DNA from: a virus
Reading direction: 5' to 3' (one strand)
DNA: 64,000 nucleotides
Virus record (IMG/VR): IMGVR_UViG_3300028569_002801
Span: 32,001-96,000 of that record
Positions 19,855 to 29,181 of the stretch are shown in pieces; position 1 is the stretch's first letter, and each line of letters starts with the position of its first letter. The notes below the pieces were generated by a model. It was not told the DNA's origin. It made no database searches and was given only the letters and a program-made list of their open reading frames with translations. The position numbers and the translations under genes are program-made.

Positions 19855-21051
19855 TTATAAACTAAAGTCAATTCTGTTTACCCAATTACCTTCATTATCG
19901 TTTACCCAATACACCCATTTAACAGGGGTTTCTGTCGTTTTTAGTTTAACGTTTAAATATTCCTGATAACTGTACATGTCTTGTCTATGTAATACATTAC
20001 CTAACTCATTTTCAATTCCTATATATATAAATTTAAAATTTTCAGTATAAGGTATGTAAAGTTTGAACTCATATTCAATTTCCTTTAATTCGTACCAATC
20101 TGTATTATCGTTCACCGGTGGGTTTGTTCCTTTTATGGTTTCGGGATGTAACTTTTTATTTTTAAAGTTTATTCCCGCATAATTTTCATATTGTGTGTGT
20201 GTTCTAACGTCACCTAACCCATAAACCCCTAAAGCTATATTGTTATCCTCTTCTTGTAACATATGTCTTAATCTACGTTTAGAGTCGTTATCCATTTCCC
20301 ACCATTGTTTTTCAACAATACCATTATTTTTATTTTCTTGATTAAAGTCTGTCCAATGTTTTGTTCTACCTTCTCTTGTGTATTCATGCCAAACCACAGT
20401 CTTATGTGGGTGAAATAAATCGTAACCTAACGTATATGAACGAATAGATAAACTAATTTCATCACCAGCAAAATAGATATTAGGGTCATACTTATATTCT
20501 TCACAATGTTTTCCGATTGTAAAAAAGAAATGTCCACTAACAAATCTTGCGGGGATTGGTTTATCTAATGTTTGCCAATTTGGTATTGCGTGTGGTCTAA
20601 AAAGGATTGTTCCTCCCGGTGTGAAGTTAGACGCGACCATCATATATGGTTCAACATTTAATAATTGGTTATCTGATGGTCGGTACATTCCGGCATATGA
20701 TGTGATGATTGGTTTTTTTGAACCTGTTATATTCATCATTTCAATCAATTCCACATCCCAATCTTGTAAAAATCTATGATGTGAATCTAATTGTATGGTG
20801 TATTCTTCACCGTCCCATAATTTTTGAATTTCAGAACGAGCCCAACAAAGCCCTTTACTTTCACTCCAATGATAATCTAATATTTTAAATCTTTCATCAT
20901 TTGTGAATTCTTCCATCGATTCAGTTTCATCACGTTGCCAACAAATTCCAAATGTTAAATTTTCAGGGTGTTTTGCTTTATTAATACAATCCCTAATGGT
21001 TGGTAATAACTCAGGATCTCTATAAGATGCGATTTGTACAAATATTTTCAT
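19855..21051 (-). CDS. GT60-family polypeptide GlcNAc-transferase (Gnt1/Gnt2-like, PF11397-type)
   Basis: IFVQIASYRD, SKGLCWAR, GEEYTIQLDSHHRF..DWD (DxH), YDPNIYFAGDEISLSIRSYTLGYDLFHP...WHEY. Confidence 0.88.
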   Translation of the reverse strand: MKIFVQIASYRDPELLPTIRDCINKAKHPENLTFGICWQRDETESMEEFTNDERFKILDYHWSESKGLCWARSEIQKLWDGEEYTIQLDSHHRFLQDWDVELIEMMNITGSKKPIITSYAGMYRPSDNQLLNVEPYMMVASNFTPGGTILFRPHAIPNWQTLDKPIPARFVSGHFFFTIGKHCEEYKYDPNIYFAGDEISLSIRSYTLGYDLFHPHKTVVWHEYTREGRTKHWTDFNQENKNNGIVEKQWWEMDNDSKRRLRHMLQEEDNNIALGVYGLGDVRTHTQYENYAGINFKNKKLHPETIKGTNPPVNDNTDWYELKEIEYEFKLYIPYTENFKFIYIGIENELGNVLHRQDMYSYQEYLNVKLKTTETPVKWVYWVNDNEGNWVNRIDFSL

Positions 21052-21091
21052 ACAAATAAATTAGTTTTTTTTTCTTTTTTGTAAATCTTTA

Positions 21092-21667
21092 TTAACTTGA
21101 AGTGTACTTAATCTTCATTCCTAAAACATAAAGATTAGTATCATTTTGAAAAACACTTAAACCAAAAACATTATTTGATGTTATTCCAGACATATAAGGT
21201 AAAACATCCAATGATGTGAATTTATTGATATTATAACTATATGTCTGTCCTGTCGTTATTGTTGTGGCACTATAAAACGAATTTACGGGTCCGTATTGTA
21301 CGTTTATATCAGTAGAAACATTACCACTAAATGTTGGTATTGTTACCACTTCAGCGGATATCATAGAAGATAAATCGTTTGGAATTAATCCATTTATATA
21401 AACAGGGTCGGTACCTGCATTACAGGTACCAGCATAAAAGTTACCAATATAAGTAGGATTTGTTTCTGAACCTTTAAAGAAAATCTCTTTTATTTGATTA
21501 GTATTACCACTAAATATAGTACTTAATTGTTGTAACTCAACTTTATATGATGACCCGTAAAGGCTTTGTGACGTATCTGCAGTTGTTACAATATGTATAA
21601 TTGTAGTCGGAGTAATCGCCGATGATTGAGCTAATGTTCTATCTGTTAATAATTGGTATGTTGGCAT
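21092..21667 (-). CDS. short fibre/spike protein sharing its N-terminal anchor with 15849..17684
   Basis: LTDRTLA...IHIVTTADTSQSLYGSSYKVELQQL versus LTTRTLA...LHIVITGDTSQDPAGSSYKASIQQV. Confidence 0.7.
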   Translation of the reverse strand: MPTYQLLTDRTLAQSSAITPTTIIHIVTTADTSQSLYGSSYKVELQQLSTIFSGNTNQIKEIFFKGSETNPTYIGNFYAGTCNAGTDPVYINGLIPNDLSSMISAEVVTIPTFSGNVSTDINVQYGPVNSFYSATTITTGQTYSYNINKFTSLDVLPYMSGITSNNVFGLSVFQNDTNLYVLGMKIKYTSS

Positions 21668-21688
21668 AGTTTATTTAATAAATATTAT

Positions 21689-21976
21689 TTATTGGAAAAT
21701 ATAACCTACTCCGTCCATAAAATTAAAATATATATCATTTTGAAACGCCTTTTGGACCTCACAATTAATAACTGTCGAGTACACACATCCATTTGTATCA
21801 ACAATTCTTAAATAAAGGTAATTTTCGTTTGGAAAAAAGTCATCAGTATCAAATATAATATTTGGTGGTATAAAGGTACTCCCTGAAACAAAAAAACAAG
21901 ACGTGTTAGTTGAGTCACATATAAAAATATCATATGGTGGTTGTCCGCTCGTTACTCCTGTTATTTCTACGTTCAT
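21689..21976 (-). CDS. small single SprB/Ig-like module protein (putative fibre adaptor)
   Basis: SGQPPYDIFICD...LRIVDTNGC plus C-terminal FQNDIYFNFMDGVGYIFQ. Confidence 0.7.
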   Translation of the reverse strand: MNVEITGVTSGQPPYDIFICDSTNTSCFFVSGSTFIPPNIIFDTDDFFPNENYLYLRIVDTNGCVYSTVINCEVQKAFQNDIYFNFMDGVGYIFQ

Positions 21977-21990
21977 ATATTATAAATACT

Positions 21991-22560
21991 TTAAGGGCAA
22001 GAAGGTAAATCGGTTACCACACCGGCAGTAACTTCTGCGATTGCATTATATGTTGGTGAACCACCTATTTTAACTAAAAAGTATCCTGTTAATAATGTTG
22101 GTGAACACCCAACATTATTAGAATATAAAATAGAACCGATTTGAGGTTCACTTTCATCAAGATACGCCAAAAAAGCCGCATTAACGGCACAAGTACCACC
22201 TGTAACACAATTAAATGCGGTACAGGCACTTAAAAATGAAGTATAAAAGTATCCCGTAATATTAGTTGAACTACCAAAAGGTGTGTAGTATGGATGTACT
22301 GTGCTTGGACCACAAGTTGGTGTCGGAGTTGGTGTAGGGGTTGGGGGTGGGTCATAACAAGAAACTAATTCAAAGTATTCACATCCTGTTGAATCAATAG
22401 TTTTAACCATTAATGTATTCGCACTTGAATAGAAGGAATTAAGTGTATATGTCCCTCCTGTTGTACTTGTTAAATAACAGTTATTTCCATATTCATCACA
22501 TAGGTAAACACTCAATGGTGGTGTTCCCCCTGTTGTTCCTGATATCGTAATAACACTCAT
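21991..22560 (-). CDS. SprB/Ig-like module + PT linker + Cys-containing tip domain
   Basis: GGTPPLSVYLCD...VKTIDSTGC then DPPPTPTPTPTPT. Confidence 0.7.
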   Translation of the reverse strand: MSVITISGTTGGTPPLSVYLCDEYGNNCYLTSTTGGTYTLNSFYSSANTLMVKTIDSTGCEYFELVSCYDPPPTPTPTPTPTCGPSTVHPYYTPFGSSTNITGYFYTSFLSACTAFNCVTGGTCAVNAAFLAYLDESEPQIGSILYSNNVGCSPTLLTGYFLVKIGGSPTYNAIAEVTAGVVTDLPSCP

Positions 22561-25034
22561 TATTGATAAACTAATGTAAACCCCTCTTCTGTTATCATAA
22601 AATAACTATCTTCAGTTAATATTATAAATGATTGACTACAATCGTTACATACTACCTCATATTCTATTTTTAATCTTAAATAAAATTTACAATCACCTAA
22701 AGGATCAACATCACCAACACATTTTGAAATAATTTCAAATGTATTTGTTAATAAATCAATAGTAAAACTTTGTATGTTCGGTATACTACCTAAAATACCT
22801 TCGATTGTTGATTGCCAAAGAGTGTCTTGTGGAATATCATTTAGTGTTGTTGCAGTATAAAATGGTACAGTATATATAGTATCTCCCGATTCACAATCCG
22901 TATATACCAAGAAATCACCATTTTCTGTTGTAATTGTAAATACGTCCTCAGTTAAAATAAAACACGTATCACCAGATCCTGGACAATCAATTTCTATTTG
23001 ACAACTAAATACCGCCCCACTAAAACTACATCCGGTATATCCCGAAATAATATCAATATACCCCTCATTTAACATTTCCGATAAACCTCTTTTAGTTCCA
23101 ACAGTAGTCGTAAAAGTACTATTACAAATATTAAATAACTGATAAGATGTTGGAGAGATACCGTTACAATCTATTGTAAAATCTTGTATATCGTAACAAC
23201 CATTACTATCAGTTATTTCAACATAATAGTTTCCAGCGGATAAACCACTTACAGTTGATCCCGTTTGTCCGTTACTCCAATTATACGTAAAAGTTGGTTC
23301 TCCTTGATATATTACTACGGAAGCCGATCCGTCATTTCCATTAACACAATCTATTTTTTGTATGGAAGTTAAAAGTTGTCCTCCTGTTGTTATTGTAAAA
23401 CCTGTGGATACCGCACAACCAACACTATCAGTGACGGTTATCGTATAATTTCCTGGTAGTAAATTATTATATGTTATTCCTGTCGATGTGGTATCTATTA
23501 GGGTGTCTCCGTTACTTAATACATAATCTAAAACTCCCGTATATCCTGAAAATACCTCAATAACCGCAACACCGTTTGGTTCCCCACATGTTGACCCGGT
23601 AGTTGTTGCACTAACAATAAATTTTTGAGTAGATGTTATATTTAATGTTGTTGTATAAACACAACTTGTTCCTGAACCTGAAATTGTTAATTCATATGTA
23701 TCATTTTGTAAGTTAGTAAAACTATTAGTTTGATTAAGACTTGTATTTTGATAAACGGTGTTACCACTTAAACCTGATAAAGTGTATGTGTAATATCCTC
23801 CAAGCCCTGCAATTTGCACATCTATTTGTCCATTATTCTGATTGCAGTCTGAGTTGGTAACAATTATGTCTACCACATTAAATCCTCCTACGGGACTTAG
23901 AAACCCACTTAATGTTGTTTCACAAAAATTGGCGTCTCTTACAACAACTTGATAAGTTCCAGCAGCAAGGTTTGTTAATGTGAACACGTTTGATAATGTA
24001 TACCCAACTTGGGCGGTAGAAGCCGAATAATAGAAAGGAGCGGTACCTCCAGTTAAAAAATACGTCAGACTACCATCAGATGCGAAACAACTTGGTGTTG
24101 ATGCACTTAATAACCCTATACCTAATGGATCAGCAGCACCTACAAATTCACTTTTAGTTACCTCACAACCATTAATATCTGTTACCGTACAAGTATATAC
24201 TCCTTGTGTTAATCCCGTAATTAATTGTGTGGTTTCTCCATTACTCCACAAATACGTATAAGGTCCGGTTCCCGTAACTCCTGTTACCGCCAATTTACCT
24301 TTATCAATAACACAATTAGATGTATTCACCTTCCAAAAACCAAAATCTAAAGAAGTACTTGCAGATATTACCGCGTTTTCAGTGTTAGCCGTGGTACCAC
24401 CTGAATCAAAAACAGTAGCATAATAAATACCACTAGGTAATCCGTTAAAATCATATGGTAAAGTTCCTGTTGTTTCTACAACGTAAGGAACACCATCTTG
24501 ATAAAGAAGAATAGTATATGGGGCACCTGAAGATGTTGCACTTATAGTTAAAAATCCGGTATCTTGTCCACAAGTAGTTCCTGATGCGGTAACTACATTT
24601 GCCTCAAAACATCCCGTTACATTAACATTAACATATAATTCATTATTTTGTAAATTAAGAGTATCATTTATTCTGAACACATAAGTACCTCCTGTTAGCC
24701 CTGTAAATGTTATAGGAGAACTACTTGTTTGAGCAGTTAAAGTTCCCGGAATAATATTATCAATTGTGTATGGGGCAACACCACCATATGAAGTGAAAGT
24801 CACACTACCTGTTGCTGCGGAGCAAACCCCCGTAACTTGGAATCCGTAACTAAGTGGTCCTGATGTACATGTTTCTGTACAAGTTACCCCTGTAGCAATA
24901 TAAACCCCTCTTGCCGAACCAGAATATGATTCATCTATACATATACTTTCACCAAGTGAAACTCCGAATTGGTATAATCCACAACAGTCTACATATTCAT
25001 AAACACCATCCGTTAATCCTGATACACAAGCCAT
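22560..25034 (-). CDS. multi-SprB-repeat virion protein
   Basis: About seven repeats such as GTGPYTYLWSNGETTQLITGLTQGVYTCTVTDINGC; two LTED...TE motifs. Confidence 0.8.
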   Translation of the reverse strand: MACVSGLTDGVYEYVDCCGLYQFGVSLGESICIDESYSGSARGVYIATGVTCTETCTSGPLSYGFQVTGVCSAATGSVTFTSYGGVAPYTIDNIIPGTLTAQTSSSPITFTGLTGGTYVFRINDTLNLQNNELYVNVNVTGCFEANVVTASGTTCGQDTGFLTISATSSGAPYTILLYQDGVPYVVETTGTLPYDFNGLPSGIYYATVFDSGGTTANTENAVISASTSLDFGFWKVNTSNCVIDKGKLAVTGVTGTGPYTYLWSNGETTQLITGLTQGVYTCTVTDINGCEVTKSEFVGAADPLGIGLLSASTPSCFASDGSLTYFLTGGTAPFYYSASTAQVGYTLSNVFTLTNLAAGTYQVVVRDANFCETTLSGFLSPVGGFNVVDIIVTNSDCNQNNGQIDVQIAGLGGYYTYTLSGLSGNTVYQNTSLNQTNSFTNLQNDTYELTISGSGTSCVYTTTLNITSTQKFIVSATTTGSTCGEPNGVAVIEVFSGYTGVLDYVLSNGDTLIDTTSTGITYNNLLPGNYTITVTDSVGCAVSTGFTITTGGQLLTSIQKIDCVNGNDGSASVVIYQGEPTFTYNWSNGQTGSTVSGLSAGNYYVEITDSNGCYDIQDFTIDCNGISPTSYQLFNICNSTFTTTVGTKRGLSEMLNEGYIDIISGYTGCSFSGAVFSCQIEIDCPGSGDTCFILTEDVFTITTENGDFLVYTDCESGDTIYTVPFYTATTLNDIPQDTLWQSTIEGILGSIPNIQSFTIDLLTNTFEIISKCVGDVDPLGDCKFYLRLKIEYEVVCNDCSQSFIILTEDSYFMITEEGFTLVYQ

Positions 25035-25060
25035 ATATAATTTTTTTCTTTATTTTTTTA

Positions 25061-28000
25061 TTAAGGACAAACCCCCATGTTTATTGCTGATACAAATCTT
25101 GGAGATGTACTTGTTGGTATTGTAGTTGAGCAAACATTAAATGTTCCTCCACCTAAAAATGAAGTAGTCGTCCCAACCCCACTACAGTTATATGTGGTAT
25201 AAGCTCCTCCAGTTGGACTAAACGTTACTGCCCACATATATGTCACGCAAGGTGTAGGGGTTGGTGTAGGTGTTGGAGTTGGAGTTGGCGTCAAAACTGT
25301 TTGTTGTGAACAATTTATTTGTAAATCAACCCCTATGTTAAGATATAAGGTTTTACTTGTAAAATCGTCGTAACATGTTGAATTACTAACTACAAGTGTA
25401 CTTCCAGCCAAATAAAAATTTAATCCGTAATTGTATAATTCAACTAAATATGTATTAACCGCATTTACCAAATCAGTGGTTGATGGGTAACCACCAATAC
25501 CATACCCTGTATAAAATTGTTCTTGTACTAAAATTTGTGAATCTAACCTACAGTCAATATACCAATTAGTAACTATACTATTAATATCACAATCACTCTG
25601 TGTGAATCCACTATTAGTTAAAACGTTATTTAACGCATAATTCAATATTGCTGCCGGATCGGTTTTTACATCACATTTTAATGTCTGATCAATACAATCA
25701 TAACTAAATGGTTCTCCGTTATACGTACACGGAATACAAGAAACAGGAATAAATGTACAACCTCTTTGTCTTCTCCAAACAAACTTTTGTCTATGGAAAA
25801 TAGAATTTTCCATTTTTTGTCCTGTTAACCATAAAGTGGTTCCTGGAACTACTTGTTCTAATAGTCTTTGCCAATGATCACCTAAACCTAAAGTATAGTC
25901 TATCATTTTTTGATATGTAAACTTATTAGAAGGTATTCCTACAGTTTGATCAGACTCCAAATATCTCCAATAAACTGATTGTAACGTAGGGTAACCTCCC
26001 GTTTTACCATCAAATATTGTTTGTCGATTTCTAACATTAATGAAGTTATTATAAAAACTTTGAGCGAACTCAAAGAATGTTTTTTCTTTTGGTTTTGGGT
26101 TAATAAATGTCCAATCTATATTACCAGGATATGGGTATGGTGCCGTCAATCCTGAATTTGGTATAGGGTATCCGTACTTTACAGACATATCCCATATATC
26201 ATAAGTAATACCTTGACCCATGTTAGTATATAACTCAATATTTTTAGAATTAATTACTAACCTATCATCACTAACAGTATAATCTACCCCATTAAAATTT
26301 GACCCGTCTTTTCTATTCCCCGTATCATTAACTGCCCAAGATTTTTGATTATCACTTATCTTAGTTAACGTATACCCTTCTGCAATATCAGGAAAATCTC
26401 TAAACCTATCCATATATTCTTGTCCATATGTGAATGGTTTTAATGATGATATTAAATATGGGTTGGTTGGGTTAAAGGATGAGTTTACAGAGTCAGCCTC
26501 TTGATTTGATCTATGTTCAGGACTTGTCTCAAACCATCCAGCCCCTTTTTGGAAGAAGTTGTCGTCTGTAATTGCGGGACTTTGGGGGTACCCATCAGAA
26601 TCAACTCCGTAATCGTTTAATGTCGTTGTTATTAAATTTATAACCCCACTTGTAGTATATCCTGTGTAAATCACACCCAATAAACTAAATGTATTAGCCG
26701 GATCAAAAACAGGTGTCTCTACATATGTTGTCCCTCCAGAAATTTGACAATACTTTTCGTAAAAATCATTATAATTTATTTTAGTATCAGCCAAATAAAT
26801 AACTTCATTAAACTCTAATAATGCTTCAGGGGCACCTATAAATCTCATAACATATTCCAAAGATTGTCTAGTCCCCTTTGTTCTAAACATGTGTGCGGAG
26901 TTTAATATTATATTTCTATAGTATTGATAGTTTAACTCTGTTGGTGTGTCTGAAACTGACTGCCCAGGAAAAACTTGTTTAGCGTTTGGATCAAATACTG
27001 AATTTAAAAACCCTTCATTTGTTATTGGTGAGATGTCTGAATTAATCCCTAATGTTTGAGCTAAATTTGTGAGTAGTTGTGAAGGTATATCATTACCTAC
27101 TTGGTAATTTACAGAGTTCATATATGCTAACGCATCAATAAACTTTTTAACTTCATCAAAACTTCTACCGTATATTTGTAATACCTTTTCAATTTTTTGA
27201 TCATCAGTATCAAACTCTTTGAATGATCCTGTAATTAAAAATCTACTTATTAAATTTGTTTTATATTCGTCTAATTTTTCAGCAATACTCTGTATTTGAG
27301 ATATATATTGTTCAAATTTAGTACTATTAATATCTAAGTTCCAATACTTGTCTATCGGCCAAGTTACTTGTTTTGTAAATAAAGTATATTTACCTGCCGA
27401 ATCGTAATCAGGATATGTAAATTTAGCACTGTATTTTGGATACACACTTCTATTTAACATAAAATCTTCAACCTCATCAAAGTTATCTAAAAATACCTTT
27501 TCTGTTGTTTCATTATTTAATTTTATAACTAAATTAAAAGTTGATGCACTTTGTCCGGGAAACATATCCCCTTTCACTGTTAATGTAAGAGTACCCCCTG
27601 TCATATTCTCAACAGGAATCATATCCGTTACTTTGTATTCTGTACTAACATCTCTAAAATAAACGGCATAACTTTCAAAGTTATTAGTCATATCCCTAAA
27701 TGGACTAACAGTTATCGGTCTAGTTAATATGTTTCTAGCGGCGTTTTCAGAATAATCAATACTAAATGGGTTATAGATTAAACCAGTATTAATATCAAAA
27801 GTGGTTTCATCGTTTTTTCTATCATAAACAATATTAGATGCAGTATTTCCTGTATATAATCCTGACGTTTGTCTTGGATAAACCTCTAAAGCCGCAGGGA
27901 AAAAATTTATTACCTTTATAATTGAGGTTGACATTCTTTTCTGTAGGGAACCATACAACGAAAAACTAGTGATTTCCGATATATCAAAATTTGGGTAAAC

Positions 28001-28240
28001 TTTAAAAGTCTTTTCAATAATCCTTTTTACCTCTTCAATATTATCTATTTTAAGGTTTTCTAAAGTATAAGGATTAGAAAATATACCAGTGTCAAATTTT
28101 CTATTTGTCTTTTCATATATTGCACTAGTAAACTCAAAATTACCTTGCGTCAAACCTCCCCCATCCACAATTTGGAATCCTACAAGGTTATCAGAAAAGG
28201 TTTTAACCCCACCAGGTGGAAAAAATATTTTATTTGCCAT
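25061..28240 (-). CDS. large virion structural protein (baseplate/tail-associated) with C-terminal PT linker and Cys domain
   Basis: YYRNIILNSAHMFRTKGTRQSLEYVMRFIG resembles the P2 gpI/gp7-like KGT wedge motif; structural cluster context. Confidence 0.65.
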   Translation of the reverse strand: MANKIFFPPGGVKTFSDNLVGFQIVDGGGLTQGNFEFTSAIYEKTNRKFDTGIFSNPYTLENLKIDNIEEVKRIIEKTFKVYPNFDISEITSFSLYGSLQKRMSTSIIKVINFFPAALEVYPRQTSGLYTGNTASNIVYDRKNDETTFDINTGLIYNPFSIDYSENAARNILTRPITVSPFRDMTNNFESYAVYFRDVSTEYKVTDMIPVENMTGGTLTLTVKGDMFPGQSASTFNLVIKLNNETTEKVFLDNFDEVEDFMLNRSVYPKYSAKFTYPDYDSAGKYTLFTKQVTWPIDKYWNLDINSTKFEQYISQIQSIAEKLDEYKTNLISRFLITGSFKEFDTDDQKIEKVLQIYGRSFDEVKKFIDALAYMNSVNYQVGNDIPSQLLTNLAQTLGINSDISPITNEGFLNSVFDPNAKQVFPGQSVSDTPTELNYQYYRNIILNSAHMFRTKGTRQSLEYVMRFIGAPEALLEFNEVIYLADTKINYNDFYEKYCQISGGTTYVETPVFDPANTFSLLGVIYTGYTTSGVINLITTTLNDYGVDSDGYPQSPAITDDNFFQKGAGWFETSPEHRSNQEADSVNSSFNPTNPYLISSLKPFTYGQEYMDRFRDFPDIAEGYTLTKISDNQKSWAVNDTGNRKDGSNFNGVDYTVSDDRLVINSKNIELYTNMGQGITYDIWDMSVKYGYPIPNSGLTAPYPYPGNIDWTFINPKPKEKTFFEFAQSFYNNFINVRNRQTIFDGKTGGYPTLQSVYWRYLESDQTVGIPSNKFTYQKMIDYTLGLGDHWQRLLEQVVPGTTLWLTGQKMENSIFHRQKFVWRRQRGCTFIPVSCIPCTYNGEPFSYDCIDQTLKCDVKTDPAAILNYALNNVLTNSGFTQSDCDINSIVTNWYIDCRLDSQILVQEQFYTGYGIGGYPSTTDLVNAVNTYLVELYNYGLNFYLAGSTLVVSNSTCYDDFTSKTLYLNIGVDLQINCSQQTVLTPTPTPTPTPTPTPCVTYMWAVTFSPTGGAYTTYNCSGVGTTTSFLGGGTFNVCSTTIPTSTSPRFVSAINMGVCP

Positions 28241-29148
28241 TAACTAATAATATTTGTAAAGTTTTTACTAAAATCTATATTGTTTCCTCTATCTTGTCTA
28301 ACCTCATATAGTAATTCATTAAAATTATCTCTAACCTCAAACAAGTTATATTGTTTATAGATATTACCGCCACTATCATATAACGTGTAAATACCGTCTT
28401 CAATACTTTTAGTTTGGTTACCATAAAGAGCAATCGCTATAGTATCTAAATCATAATCAGCCATTTGAATATCAATGGTGATTGGATTAAAAAACGTATT
28501 CGTAACTATGATGTTTTGGTTTGGTTGCCCAATAAATGGAGTCGCGTTTGGTTTATTGGTTGGTGACGACGATGGTGATAGCGTACAAAACACTAAATCA
28601 CTTCCTCCATCAACATATCTATATCTTATACTTTTTTGTGAGGAATTAACTTGTTCTGTAACAATAGGTTCACAAAAGAAAGAAGATGTAACGATTCTAT
28701 AAAAATTAGGTATTTTTGTCCCGTCCTGATTTAAGTACTCAACTCTATACCCAACAAGTCCTTGGTTTGTAAATTTATTTCTAAATTGTGCAGGTACTTG
28801 GTTAATGTCTATTATAATACCTTTAACGTTGGGTAATGCAGATAATACTCCACAATCACTGATTGTTGTTCTTATTTCTGCAGGACGTAAATAAACGGTA
28901 TATATTCCTTTCTTATTAAACTCTGAAGCCGGAAGTTTTAAACTATACAATCCACCTAAAATTTCAACATTAGCATTACCACCTGTATCGCCATTATGAA
29001 AATACGGTGTCAATATACTTCTTGAGTTTAATTTCTTTAAAAGAAAGTTATCTGTAACATCTCTTGAGACGGTGTAATGTAAAATTATATCTACATCATC
29101 TGGTGACACGTCAGCCGGTCTAACTATTCCATAAGTTCCTAATGCCAT
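28240..29148 (-). CDS. putative virion structural protein
   Basis: 302-aa beta-rich ORF in baseplate cluster, TAATG-coupled to the next gene. Confidence 0.6.
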   Translation of the reverse strand: MALGTYGIVRPADVSPDDVDIILHYTVSRDVTDNFLLKKLNSRSILTPYFHNGDTGGNANVEILGGLYSLKLPASEFNKKGIYTVYLRPAEIRTTISDCGVLSALPNVKGIIIDINQVPAQFRNKFTNQGLVGYRVEYLNQDGTKIPNFYRIVTSSFFCEPIVTEQVNSSQKSIRYRYVDGGSDLVFCTLSPSSSPTNKPNATPFIGQPNQNIIVTNTFFNPITIDIQMADYDLDTIAIALYGNQTKSIEDGIYTLYDSGGNIYKQYNLFEVRDNFNELLYEVRQDRGNNIDFSKNFTNIIS

Positions 29149-29181
29149 TTTTTTATTTTATAAATAGTTTATATTGTTTTT

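Noticed and set aside
19855-21051. DNA-modifying glycosyltransferase
   Set aside because: Motifs fit the peptide-acting GT60 family, the context is structural, and no base hydroxymethylase or oxygenase is nearby; not fully excluded without an assay
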